From positions 1,501,118 through 1,565,117 of the forward strand of contig BCIN01000002.1 in assembly GCA_039545335.1 (NCBI GenBank): a DNA stretch of 64,000 nt, read 5' to 3'. Positions 42,176 to 53,379 of this stretch are shown in pieces. Position 1 is the first letter of the stretch, and the number at the start of each line of letters is the position of its first letter. The stretch is from Kondoa subrosea. Lineage: Eukaryota. A program made the translations under genes and the position numbers. The notes beneath the pieces are model-generated. The model did no database searches. It saw only the letters and a list, made by a program, of their open reading frames with translations, and was not told the DNA's origin.

Positions 42176-42308
42176 GTGGAGTGACAGGAAACGTAAATAG
42201 TAATACTTTTGTTTTTCTTTAAAAATGACAACAACAAGCCAGAAACAGTACAAACGCATTTTAACAGAAACCCGGATTCCCTTTAATTGATTGCCCACCG
42301 CAATATAC

Positions 42309-43450
42309 CTACAAAGCTTTGATGAATTCCACAGTAGCTTTTTGTCTGTTTGCAAAAACTATCAGTCTGCTTCTCTACCCACACAAAGACAGTTGAACTG
42401 ACGATTCAGCTGGCTTGACACCGATGGAGGCTAACAAGAGCTTTCCGCCCTTCTCAACAACCCAATGAGATCGAGTGACAGTCTTTGCAGTCTTGCTACC
42501 GCCCAAAGCTTTGATCAAGCTTTGCTTTGGATCGGAAAGAAGCGTATATTGGAAGTTTTGCTTCGTTTTCCAGGTCTGTCAAAGAACGAGAACTCAATAT
42601 TCTTACACGGAAGATTAAATGCGATGACGTACTGCCAGTGGCTTTGGGTTGTCTTGACTGATACCATAGACTTCATATCCGAGCGTCTTGAATTCGTCAT
42701 AGTTATCCTGAAGCTACGTGAGCGCGAGTGTAAGTATTTGCGAAAGGAGATTACCCTATACGAGCAGGCTTGAGTAGTACAGCCTAATGCAGCTGTTAGC
42801 TAAATGCAATTCACGGACTTCGAAACATTCTCACCTGGAGTGTTCGCTTTGGGGTATAGGAAGAAGACAGCCCTGAAGGACGACTCAGTCTGAGCCCAAA
42901 ACAAGACATGTAGCCCTTACCCCTTCTCAGCAACGAGATCCTTGACAGTAACTTCCTTGTCCTCATCGGTTTTCAGAGTTACATCCAGAGGAATCATTTC
43001 TCCGACTTGAACTGCTCCAGAGGCAACGGCACCAGTCTCAGGAGCTGCATCAACTGCAGAAGAAGCTGCTTCCTCTGCTTTGTCAGGAACTTCTTCTGCA
43101 ACTTTATTGACCTGCTCTTCGTCTGCTGTATTTGCTTTCTCTGCAATTTTCTTTTCGGGTTCAGCCTTTTCGCCTTCTACTGGCTTGTCTTCAGCTTCAG
43201 CAGTCTTGGGCTTCTTTGCTCGTGGAACAGGACTATCAATACCATGTGACAATGTTAGTATGCGCGGCTCTGGGTCAATGCCTTCCTGGACGCACCCTCC
43301 ATAGCTTCCTGCTGCCTTGGGCGCGCTTCGACCACTTCGACGAGCAGTTCCATCAGCCGCTGGATCACCAACAGTGGTTTCCGGTGCTGGAGCAGCTGAT
43401 TCTTCATCAGCCTTTCGCTTTGGTGCGGCTTTGGATCCTTTGGGAGGCAT
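42309..43450 (-). CDS. DOT5: Peroxiredoxin Q / BCP family, nuclear type with basic N-terminal extension
   Basis: LKTDEDKEVTVKDL, FFLYPKANTP|GCTTQACSYR|DNYDEF, GYEVYGISQD, WKTKQNFQYTLLSDP; ends VEFIKAL*. Confidence 0.9.
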
Positions 43451-43622
43451 TCTTTGTAACTGTTGAGACGATTATTGGCAATTGCAGTGCGCGTCGATGT
43501 CTCGGGAAGAGAGCAAGAGAGAAACAACAACGGAAATTGATCGAGATTCCTGTGCAGTGGAAAATAGTCACCGGATCTATATCAATGAGAGCTCTACGAC
43601 CTGCGTAGTATAGTATTGCATA

Positions 43623-45818
43623 TTACATAGGTAGGAAGTTCCCGCTGATCAAACAAGGAATCGAACAGGAATCTCGGCGACTGCATGGACATTGGAAAGT
43701 CAGCGAATGCACAGCAATGAAGCAATGATGGAAACTCACACGGTGAAGGAGAAAGTACAATTGAGCAAAGCTTCAGGTATCGGTTCGCGAGGATCTTCAA
43801 TACCTTTGCGCTTCCTCTTTTTGTTGACAGCAGTCACAACCGCTTGCTATACCTATCATCAGCTTGTGCACTGATATCGTGCGAAGTAGCAAACTCACAT
43901 TCATCAGTCTACAGCTAGTCAAGACAGCTTTTTGACCGCTGTTGAAAGCGATTGAACCATATTTCTCCCAATAATTCGCAGCGCTCTCTATTCCAATGTA
44001 TCAGACTCCGAGCTCTTTCAACATCGAAAGTGTTCAAGAAACGCGTACCTTCTTCCATAAGCTCATAGATTGCTAATTTCCCATCTCGCAAACTTTCAAT
44101 CGGTACACCAACAAGTTCGGCAAACTCTTTGTTTCCTTTATAAATTTCGCCAGTTCGACGCCAAAGACAAGCTGGGATACCCATTGTACTAAACACTCGA
44201 TCTAAAAAGAAGCCAATTATTCAGCGATCTAATGTGAAAGACGTAATGCAGAAGGAAAAGGCGAACCATAATCTAAAAGTAAGCGCTCGAAAGCTTCTTC
44301 GATGAAGATGAGATCCAAATCGGTCAATGCAGCAGCGATAGCACGGAAAGTCGGTCTGAATTGACTTAGAGTTTTTAATGTTCTTTGTTTCGAAAGAGGT
44401 GACATCTGTCAATCCCCTCCTCTCGCTCAGACTCCTATGCCTCAAAAGAAAGCGGGAAGGACTGACATGCGTATCCATCCATTTATTCAATCTTCGATAA
44501 CCAGAAACGTAATCGTAAGGTTTCAATAACCCAGCTTCAAATTTCGCATGAATAACTCTAGCTAATCTTTCGTCTCTGGATCCATCTTTCTGATCTGCAG
44601 CAGCTAAAGAATAACCGTCTCCACTTGTAGCAGGTTTGAGATTCAGATGAGCTTCATTCGATGATGTTGTCGGAATAGGTGTGGGCGCAGCTGTTGAAGT
44701 AGAAGCAGAAGGTAAGACTTCAGGTGAAGGTTGAGCTTGAGGTGCTGGATCTGGGAGAGGTGCAAGTAGAGGCGATTGAGGTCTGGAATGGAAATTGAAA
44801 GCCCAGGAAAGGTTATCGTTGTTGAAAGTTTGGTTTGTGTCGAAAAGAGCATTGTCGAAGAAAGTTGGGTCGTCCAATGTTTTCAGAAAATCGCTGTACA
44901 AATATGAGCTTACAAAAATATGACAGAGCATCATTAAACTTACCTCAAGCCTGGACCGTAGGTCTCGTTGCCCAGAGTATTTGCATCAAAGGCAAACAGA
45001 TTGTTATCAAACATGCTCGGTGAAGTCAGAGTATCATTAGGCATAAATGTTTGAGTAGTCGGCACAGATGATGGCACGCCAAAGACTGCTGGCAATGGTC
45101 ATTTGTACAGCTCATGATAGGGCAATAAGACTGAAGACGAACGATCAGGAAAGCCAGATTGATCCGGCACAAATGGCGTTTGACTGGTACTGGCACCGTA
45201 ATTCGACGGTATCTGATCGGGCATACCAGAAAGCGATAGAGGATTAGGTCCAATGTATTGTTGTTGACTTGTTGAAGCCATTGGTGGTACTGGAATCGAA
45301 GCATTGCTACTACCACCATTGACTGAAGGAGGAGGTTGTGCTAGTTCTGGATGTGCTTCATCCGCACAAAGATGAGCTATATCTCGCTTGATGCTGTCCT
45401 CGAATCGATCAGCTGTTTCGACAGGCAATTCATTCGAAGCTGCTGACCATCTAGCGCAAGGACGTTGCTCGTCACCTGTATAACGAGACTACTTTCAGCA
45501 AGCGGAAGACAGCGCATAGCTAGACCTCGAACTCACAGCTCATATGTGATCTGTAAGCGCATATTGCATAAGTATTTCGAGCGGTTGCAGTGAGGACGGA
45601 AGACTACCTTCGACAGAAGACACATCTGCTCCAGCATCACCAAGGTCAGTTAGAGTCATATCCCTCTCCTGCCTAGAGACTTACGCTTTTGACACTTTCC
45701 TATTCCCAGGTTGTTTCTGTTTCTGCTTCTTTCGCTTATTCGTCGTTGATCCCCCTTGTCCGCTGATATCCAGATCCTCACCACCAGCTCCTCCATCCTG
45801 TGATCTACTCCTGATCAT
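43623..45818 (-). CDS. RDS2: Zn2Cys6 transcription factor with C-terminal PAS domain (Rds2/AcuM, gluconeogenesis regulator)
   Basis: RKVSKA|CVFCRR|SHMS|CDEQRPCAR|CIKRDIAHLC zinc cluster over micro-exons; AKFEAGLLKPYDYVSGYRRL; GIPACLWRRTGEIYKGNKEFAELVG; FSFTVRRD..IPCLISGNFLPM*. Confidence 0.9.
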
Positions 45819-46143
45819 CTCACACTTCGCGCGAAATTATTGGTTGTTGCTCTCGTCAACCATATATTTACCCGAAAATCCGGAGCAAGGGAGTCAAGGG
45901 AAAAGTGAAGACACAAAGTACAAGTATGAAGTGATGCGTTGGAAAACGACTAAAAGCCCATAGATTATAGTTAAATGTAGTACTAGTCTATAGCAATGTG
46001 AAGTTAAAGCATATGTTGATAACCCTGAACAGAACTGAACATATTTCACAAACGACAAACGAGCATAGCCAAAGCCAAGTCCACTACTCTCTTCTTCTTC
46101 TTTTCCATTCCTTTCTATTTCGTATCTTTCTGATCCGCGGCTT

Positions 46144-48396
46144 TCAAGCAGAAGTTGGAGCCAGAATGTCAAATTGATGATGTTGAGGTCTGAATAAATG
46201 ACCAGCATTAGCAGCAGCAGTCATAGCTTGAGCTTGTTGCATTTGCAAAGGGTTTTCTAAAGTAGCAAAAGCAGAATTTGGTCTTCTTATTGCTTGTTGA
46301 TCAGGTAATGGAGGTGAAGAGAAATTGAAATAACCATTCATTGCGGCTTCTTCTTCTGCTTCTCTACCTTGACCCAACAGAGGAACAGAACCAGCTCTTT
46401 GAGAAATGGGTTGAGTGACTAAGAATTGGAAACTAGCTGCTTGTTGGGTTTGCAAAGGAGCTTGAGCTGAATGAGATCGTCTCATATCTGTAGAAGAAGC
46501 ATGCCAATCTTCAGTAGGTAATGGAGCAGAGTAGCAATAGTTGTTATTGCCAATGTTTCCATGTAGAATAGCAGGAGGAGCCAGCCCAGATGATTGCTGA
46601 TATTGCTGGACTTGCTCATTGGCAGCAGCTTGACATTCTCCTTCCATCCTCGACAAAACCTCCGCTGCCGATTCTACCCTTTCTTCACCTTCTTGACCAT
46701 GATTCGAAGTTCCAGCTTGTACTGCTTGATCAAAATTGAAGCTGCCCATCAAAGCAGCAGAATGAAGAGGAGGAAATTGATTGAACCAATCCATTGGTGG
46801 TTCTCCGACCGGTGAAGTTCCAGACTGGTTGAAGACAACAGGAGTATTGAGGAAAGTATTGTTGAGGGCTCCAGTCAACTGCGAAGGGGAATTTTGAGGT
46901 TGGAACGATGTGGAAGAAGAAGTAGAGATGCCAGATAAGTTGAGAGCAGGAACTCGAGCTGCTCTTCTTGCGCTCAAACCAGTACCAGCTGCAACAGGAG
47001 ATTGCGCCAATCCTCCTTCTTGACCTAACCTTTCTGCGGAGCCAGGTGGAGAGCTGACGAACATGCTTAGCCATTCAGGAGAAGGAGTATTGGCTCTAGG
47101 TGAAGCTCGTCGTTCAGGTGTTTGTTGAGCTCGCTTGGATAAGAAATAGCCCATATCCTGTTGTTCACCTTCGACCTGTTGCTGATGACCTTCTTGCTCG
47201 TACAAGTTTGTTCCGTCGGGCAAATTAACTCTCGGGATAGTGTAGCCATATTCAGCATGAGGAGGGGTAGCAAGAGGTGGAGAGTCAGAATTAGAAGAGC
47301 GAGAGGTAGAAGGCCGACGGTGAAGATCGACTTCACCATGACCCTGCTGCGCTTCTCTTTGAGCTTGATCTTCTGCTTGACCCTCAAACTGTTCACTATA
47401 TTGACCTTCCAGAAACTGTTGTTGCATTTGTTGTTGTGCTTGTTGCTGATAATATTGCTGTGTTGCCCAAAACTGTTGCGCCAGCGCATACTGATGATGT
47501 TGCATTTGCATTTCGCGTTCAGGAGAATAGCCATGGTGAGCAGTATAAGCAGCATGAGCTTCAGCAAGAGCATTAGCTTGTGCATGAGCAAGGATTTGGT
47601 CGTATTCAGATGGTAGAACATCAAAGGTAGGAGGGGAAGCCATGCCATTCTCTTCCGTTGCAAGGTTTTGAAAGAATTGACTTGCGGGAGAAGGTACAGA
47701 CAAATCTTGATCTTGATCTTGGCTCATTTCTTGCATCAATCGTTTAGGAGTAGTCATTGGACTTGACAAAGGTTGAGCTGGATAATAGCCATCTTCAGCT
47801 TCGGCAAAGTAAGCCTTGTTTGCTGTTCTGCGCGCGTTGCAAAGAGGGCAGACTTTGACGAATCGAGCAATGAGTTCTTTAGGAATCCAAGAATAGTAAC
47901 GTCTGACTTGAGCTGCAGTCTTGTCGCGTCCACCATGAGATGATTGATTATGACATTGAACCAGAACGTCATAGATTTGACCGCGAATAGCCACAGGTCG
48001 ATTCTCATGAGTGACCAAATGCGCATCGTTTGTTTTCACCAGGCCTGACTCTCGAGATTGAGATCAATCGAATCATCATAATAGATTCAAACATACGGAA
48101 CATCTTCTTGACCCAGAATCTAAATTGAGCAGTCTCCAGTTGGGTATTCTTTGGATCTCTGAGTACGTTGAGAACTTGGCCGTACATCTTGTCCGTCATC
48201 TGTTGAGAGTGACCGATAAGACGCGTCCTTGATTGAAAGCACGACATGTGGAGAGACTTACCAGAGCCTTTTCGCGCTTTCTAGGATTGAGAGCATAAAT
48301 GTACTCTTCGACTTGCTGCTCAAAGACCACTTCAGAAGGGAAACCATCTCTTCCATCGCGCGTGAATGTAGTACGGGGAGGTGTAGTGCTAGTCAT
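46144..48396 (-). CDS. Protein with integrase zinc-binding (H2C2) domain and long Q/P/S-rich tail; NOL4-like domesticated domain
   Basis: Exons YIYALNPRKREKAL|MTDKMYGQVLNVLRDP..TAQFRFWVKKMF|..HENRPVAIRGQIYDVLVQCHNQSSHGGRDKTAAQVRRYYSWIPKELIARFVKVCPLC; no DDE core follows. Confidence 0.8.
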
Positions 48397-49194
48397 GATG
48401 AATTGCTGTGACAGGTAGACTAGTCAGCCTCAAGGTATTGCTATAACTAGCTAAAGAGCATACCTCTTCAGACCTGTGTTGTGAAGGATTGATGTCGAAA
48501 TGGTCTTTAGGAGATGGATTTGAAACAAGCTGGCTAGCCAGTAGTTGGATGAAAGAGTGTGTGTTTCCTTATTACACAAAGGCCTGCTGGTTTGAAAGTA
48601 ATGTTTTCGTGAGTTGAAGACGCGCTAAAACCCTCCAGCTAAGGTATGTATGAAAGGATTTTTCGCGTTCTCGTGTATATAGAGATGAAAGAGTGAAAGG
48701 TCCCGCCTTGACAAAGCAATGAAGTTCTCAAGGACAAAGATAGGGAAGAGGAAAGAAAGAAGAAGGAGGCCAAAAACAGCCTGATCAAAGAACTTCAAAG
48801 TGGATTGGGTACTTTTTTGCATGACATCGGCAGAAGCTCCTGTCCTTCGATCTGGGGAGTCCTCTTGCATCGAAGGGATGTATTATCGGATCGCAGCTCC
48901 CATCTAGAGCTCTTCATATAGCATTGGAGAGAAAGAGATTCCATTAGGCCAAATACAGCAATCGCGCAAACACATTTGTCGATGTCTTTTCATTTGCTGT
49001 GTATCGATTGACTTCATCTGAGGCGTATAGAACAGCATTGAGTGCTGCCTAGTCGCTGTTCGGGCATCACTCTTTTGGTCTTGCGATTTTCCCGACTTGT
49101 CCCTTCTTACTAACAGCCAAGTTCTCTACAATAGCTCATAGATAGAGGTGCGCAGAATGTGTGCCACGGTGTACACCGCTGACTCATTAAGCAG

Positions 49195-49543
49195 ATGTTT
49201 GGCATTCGGTCAGCCTTTGCAGTTCTCAATTCGGCTTCGACTGGAGAAGTTAATACAATTGACAGCGCTTACCCTACACCTATCCTTCGCCCAATGTGGC
49301 CGTTCCTTGCTGGAGGCGCTCTCACTCTCTTTGGAGTTATGAAAATGCAAAGCGCTATGCTGCAATGTTGGTCTCGCTTTATCTTTCATTCTGTTCGAAC
49401 GCCAATCTGACTGACTGCATTACAGCCGATGAATTCAAGAGCGATCCAAGGAACCCTGCTGGTACAGCCTCGGTCTATCAACTACAATAATCGCTAATGT
49501 TTGATCTCTAGCTGCCCGCGCAAAAGCTTCAGCTGCTCATTAA
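49195..49543 (+). CDS. ATP18: Mitochondrial ATP synthase subunit i/j
   Basis: Four exons splice to MFGIRAYPTPILRPMWPFLAGGALTLFGVMKMQSAMLQSDEFKSDPRNPAAARAKASAAH*; 5'-UTR intron 49148-49194. Confidence 0.92.
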
Positions 49544-50007
49544 ACGCTTTCCACATTCGAGTCAAGAGCTTATATAGCAAGCGGTGCATTGAGTCTGGTT
49601 TGCAGTGTAATTTTGTTTGGTGCAAAGCGAGCTTCAAGAAAGATCACTCACATCCTCTGGCGATACGATAGCTCTCCTCGGTTCTCTTATGTTCGCTCTA
49701 TCAATCTTCATCCCACCTCGATCTCCGGAACGCTGCATGCTGTGATGTTCCCTCTGAACAGAAGCCTGCTACCGTTAATCTCCCAAAATCTTCAGGCGGA
49801 CTTTCGCGCTGCTTTGCTATCCTGTAGTAGGAATATTCATCCTTTGCATGACTCCGGCTTCTTCAACGACTAATTTATATTGCTCTGATACTCCTGGGTT
49901 TCTGTTTTCATGTCCAAATCAGGCTTAGTTTCGGTTGACCTCTGGTCTCTTCACCATTCTCTGTCCCTGTACGCTTTCACTCATCACTGACTGATCTATG
50001 GACTTAG

Positions 50008-50458
50008 AAACGGTATTCTGAGCGTCTCTGCTTCTAACAAGACCACTGGTAAATCAAACAAGATTGTCATCACCAACGACAAGGGACGTCTCTCGAAAGA
50101 AGAAATTGAGCGCATGGTCAACGATGCTGAGAAGTACAAGGCTGAAGATGAAGCTGCAGCATCACGAATCCAAGCCAAGAATGGTCTGGAATCTTACTCT
50201 TACAACCTCAGAAACTCGGTCGAGGGCGATCTCAAAGACAAGCTTGATGCTTCAGACAAGGAAACTCTTGAGAAGGCCATCAATGAGACTATCTCTTGGC
50301 TTGATGCATCGGCGGAAGCTTCAACAGAGGAATACACTGAGAAGCAGAAGGAACTTGAAGGAGGCATGCCAAACATGGGAGGAGCAGGAGGATTCCCGGG
50401 CGCAGGAGGAGCACCAGGAGCTGGTTCTGACGAACCTTCAGTAGAAGAAGTTGATTAG
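50008..50458 (+). pseudogene. 5'-truncated HSP70 3'-end copy with intact frame; possible 114-aa lid+EEVD protein from ATG 50114
   Basis: Aligns to the reverse complement of 53380-54007 with an in-frame 177-nt deletion; no upstream HSP70 sequence recognisable in 49544-49960. Confidence 0.85.
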
Positions 50459-50862
50459 ATTCTTCTTTTCTAAGTCTTCTTTCTTTTCGCATTGGTTTAC
50501 TTCAAGAGAGATTGAGAAAAGGTCAAAGCATTATGTGTAGTATGAAATAATTCCTTTAGGCGACAAATGTTATGTTTCTTGCATTTGCTTCACCATGTCC
50601 TACTGAAATATTGACGTTGATATACATACTTGTGGAAATGGTTTGACTATGTACAAGATACTTACAAGTGTTCCGCCTCGTCTGACTGGCGAGCTCGACC
50701 TGCCTGTGCGACCTTGCCAGCGTTCCCCTACAGAGGCTTAGCTGCTGCTATAGCTGAATTGGAAGACTTGAATGGCCGTGGCAGAAGATGTACGCCGGAG
50801 GTAGCTGTCATTCAGCTGGCTTTTTTCCGCTCGAGAGTGCTACGAAAATATGGCACATCAGA
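50008..50862 (+). repeat. Left arm of a long imperfect inverted repeat (partner ~52945-54007 on - strand)
   Basis: Near-identical in the coding part and 3'-UTR (e.g. GCATTATGTGTAGTATGAAATAATTCCTTTAG), shared CGCCTCGTCTGACTGGC at ~50675/53150, patchy similarity out to ~50862/52945. Confidence 0.88.
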
Positions 50863-50935
50863 CCTGATTCTGTAACCGACATGTCAAGGATCACCTTGTT
50901 CTACTCCATTGTTTGTAGGCCCTATTATACTGCTG

Positions 50936-51826
50936 CTATTGTTGAAAACTTTGTAGAAGAGCAGTAATTTCCGCATCATTTGGAAGCGGAAGTTGCTGTT
51001 GCTGCTGTTGTTGAGAAGGTTGAGTTTGCATTCCCGCTGCAGCCATAAAATCATCAAACGACATTTCAGGTTGTGTACTATTCTGAGCAGGAGCCGGAGG
51101 CATTGGAGGTATGTTCCCGAACCCTGCTAAAAAAGCGTCCACATCGAAATCGATTGCAGGTGCTTCATTTGCTTGAGGTAAACCTGGAAGAAATAGAGAC
51201 ATAGGATTGAGAATGGCAGTACTACTTGCTGGAAGAGGTGCGGCGTTGACAAGAGAATTGTCGAAAGATGCAAGAAGAGCGTTCTGGTTGGCTATGGAAG
51301 TTACTGGGATTGGTTCTTGTTTGACCTTTTGGAGGAGAGGTTCAGCCATAGGTGTGTCTGAGATAGCAGCGGGTGTTTGCACAGTCGTAGTAGGCGTATT
51401 GGAACTGCTTGGCAAAGGTGTTTGACCAGCAAGCTTTCGTAGATCTCGTTCGAGAACAGCTCTAGCAAAGCTCTACAGGAACGGATGAGCGGCAACACAA
51501 CATGAAGTCGCTGCAGCATACCAGCTCATTCTCAATCGAGTCCAGCAAAGCATTGTAACGCGTTTGCTCCGCTTTCAGTGGATCTGTAAGGGTCGAAGGA
51601 GCCGATGGAGCATAGCCTTGGACGCCAAGTGTAAGTACATCCGCACGAAAGCGAACGATAGAGCCGATATGCATAATGTTTTTCTGAGATAGATAGAAAG
51701 TCAAGACTTGAGAAAGAGGAAGATAGCAGCAAGAAGAAGAGAATCTACTTTGAGACAAGGTTCCAGCTCATTCAGGGCTCTCATAGCCGCGCTGTTCTCC
51801 TCGGCTACCTTTGAGCTCGACATCAT
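50936..51826 (-). CDS. Hypothetical protein, possible Mediator tail subunit Med2/Med29-like
   Basis: Three exons: MMSSSKVAEENSAAMRALNELEPCLK|KNIMHIG..RYNALLDSIENEL|SFARAVLERDLRK, then a P/Q tail with acidic-aromatic patches (DFDVDAFLAGF, SFDDFM). The CDS is solid; the Mediator call is tentative. Confidence 0.6.
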
Positions 51827-51867
51827 GTTTTGGTCACGAGCTTAGAAGTTGTTCTGAAGCTACCGCG

Positions 51868-52882
51868 ATGTCTGGCTACACAGAGAACCAGACAGGTCTG
51901 TGTTGGCGTAATCCAGAGTTTCTAGCTGTACGCTGTGCCTGCTCTTGTTTCGCTGAACTGGTCTGACCTTGGATGATCAGTATTTCGGAAGTTTGACGCA
52001 AGCGAATGTCCTTGACTACTTTTCAGAGGTTGCTACTCTTCTTGTCCCTTCTCCTTTCTCTCCTTATTTCTATTTCCAACAGTCCCCATTTTGGGACAGA
52101 CAGAGTACAAATCAAGCGTTGCGCATGCAGACTCAGTATAACTCAGAAGCTGGTCTGCAGCTGAATGAAGAAGAGAATCTCAAGTGCGTAGACTCAATCT
52201 GAGATCTTCATCCATCCTTATCGGAATGCGCAGACGTTTTGTTGGCGTAGAATTCGCTTTGGTCTATTCGAACCTACCGAGTACTTTCGTTATACACAAG
52301 CGAAACCGGACAAGTCCTACTGAATGTATGTATGCTTCAACTTTGTGATTGCAAAATCTCATTAGCCAATAGCTGTACCAATTGCGGCGTATTACGTAAT
52401 GAACGCAAACGTCTAGTGAGCAATTTGCAGATCTAATCGCTGTTGCCGCTGAAGTTGCCTCAACAGTCAAGCTCCAGACCTCTTTAACATACTTTCCTGT
52501 CGCCTTGTGAGTTCGTAAAGGATCTTGAATCGCTATCGTTAACAGCTGTTCTATCTTTTAGCATACTGCAATACATTCTTTTCGTACTTCTCTTGATCTG
52601 GTTCGAGATAAGGCACCTCTTTTCGATCCACGTAGAGGGCGAGTTATTCGTTTCTCAATCTCGAAACTAGGCTAACAATCCCAAAACAGTTATGTTTGGG
52701 AAATCGAAAAGTCAGAAGCGATGACTCAATCATCAGCAGCAGCAACTATCAAAGCAGCTGAATCAAGCGAGAAAGATTCTGCAAAGGACGCAACCTCGAC
52801 TAAACTTTCTACTTCGGATAGAATGAATGCGGAAGCAATGCTTTGGGTTGCGCTGCAGACAACGGCAAAAGATATGGCCTGA
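51868..52882 (+). CDS. MED6: Mediator of RNA polymerase II transcription subunit 6
   Basis: LCWRNPEFL|..NVLDYFSE|SPFWDRQSTNQALRMQ, RFVGVEFAL, FVIHKRNR.SP, AAYYVMNANVY|QAPDLFNILSCRL, FDPRRG. Confidence 0.92.
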
Positions 52883-53379
52883 TCGTAGTATATAATTTCC
52901 AGATCAAGAGGTTAGGAAACCTTCATTCTCGCATGAAAGAAGCAGTCTGATGCGCGACTTTTCCTAGTCTGCTCAACCGGCAAATCCCAGCTCATGTGCA
53001 GCAGTTTTTGGTGGGGATCGTCTACAACGACTAACCAAGGCCTTAATTCAGCCACAGCAGCAATTCGAATCAGGCCGCTGTCAGACAGAGACAGTGCTGT
53101 CAGGTCGCAAAAGCAGATCAAGCTCGCGCCGCAGACTGATGCAGCCAAGCCAGTCAGACGAGGCGAACCACTTGTAGATATATTGTAGTAGTCAAAGCAT
53201 TTCCAGAAGCATGTACATAAACGTCAATATTTCGGGAAGGCATAGTGAAGCAAATGCAAGAAACATAACATTTGTCGTCTAAAGGAATTATTTCATACTA
53301 CACATAATGCTTGGACCTTTTCTCAATCTGTCTTGAAGTAAACCAATGCGAAAAGAAAGAAGAATCAGAATGAACGAAT

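Noticed and set aside
46144..48396. Active LTR retrotransposon
   Set aside because: No RT, RNase H, DDE core or LTRs; the gene has introns and a host-like tail.
50008..50862. HSP70 copy as a processed retrocopy
   Set aside because: Exonic sequence is lost along with the introns, there is no poly-A tail or target-site duplication, and downstream intergenic DNA is co-duplicated.
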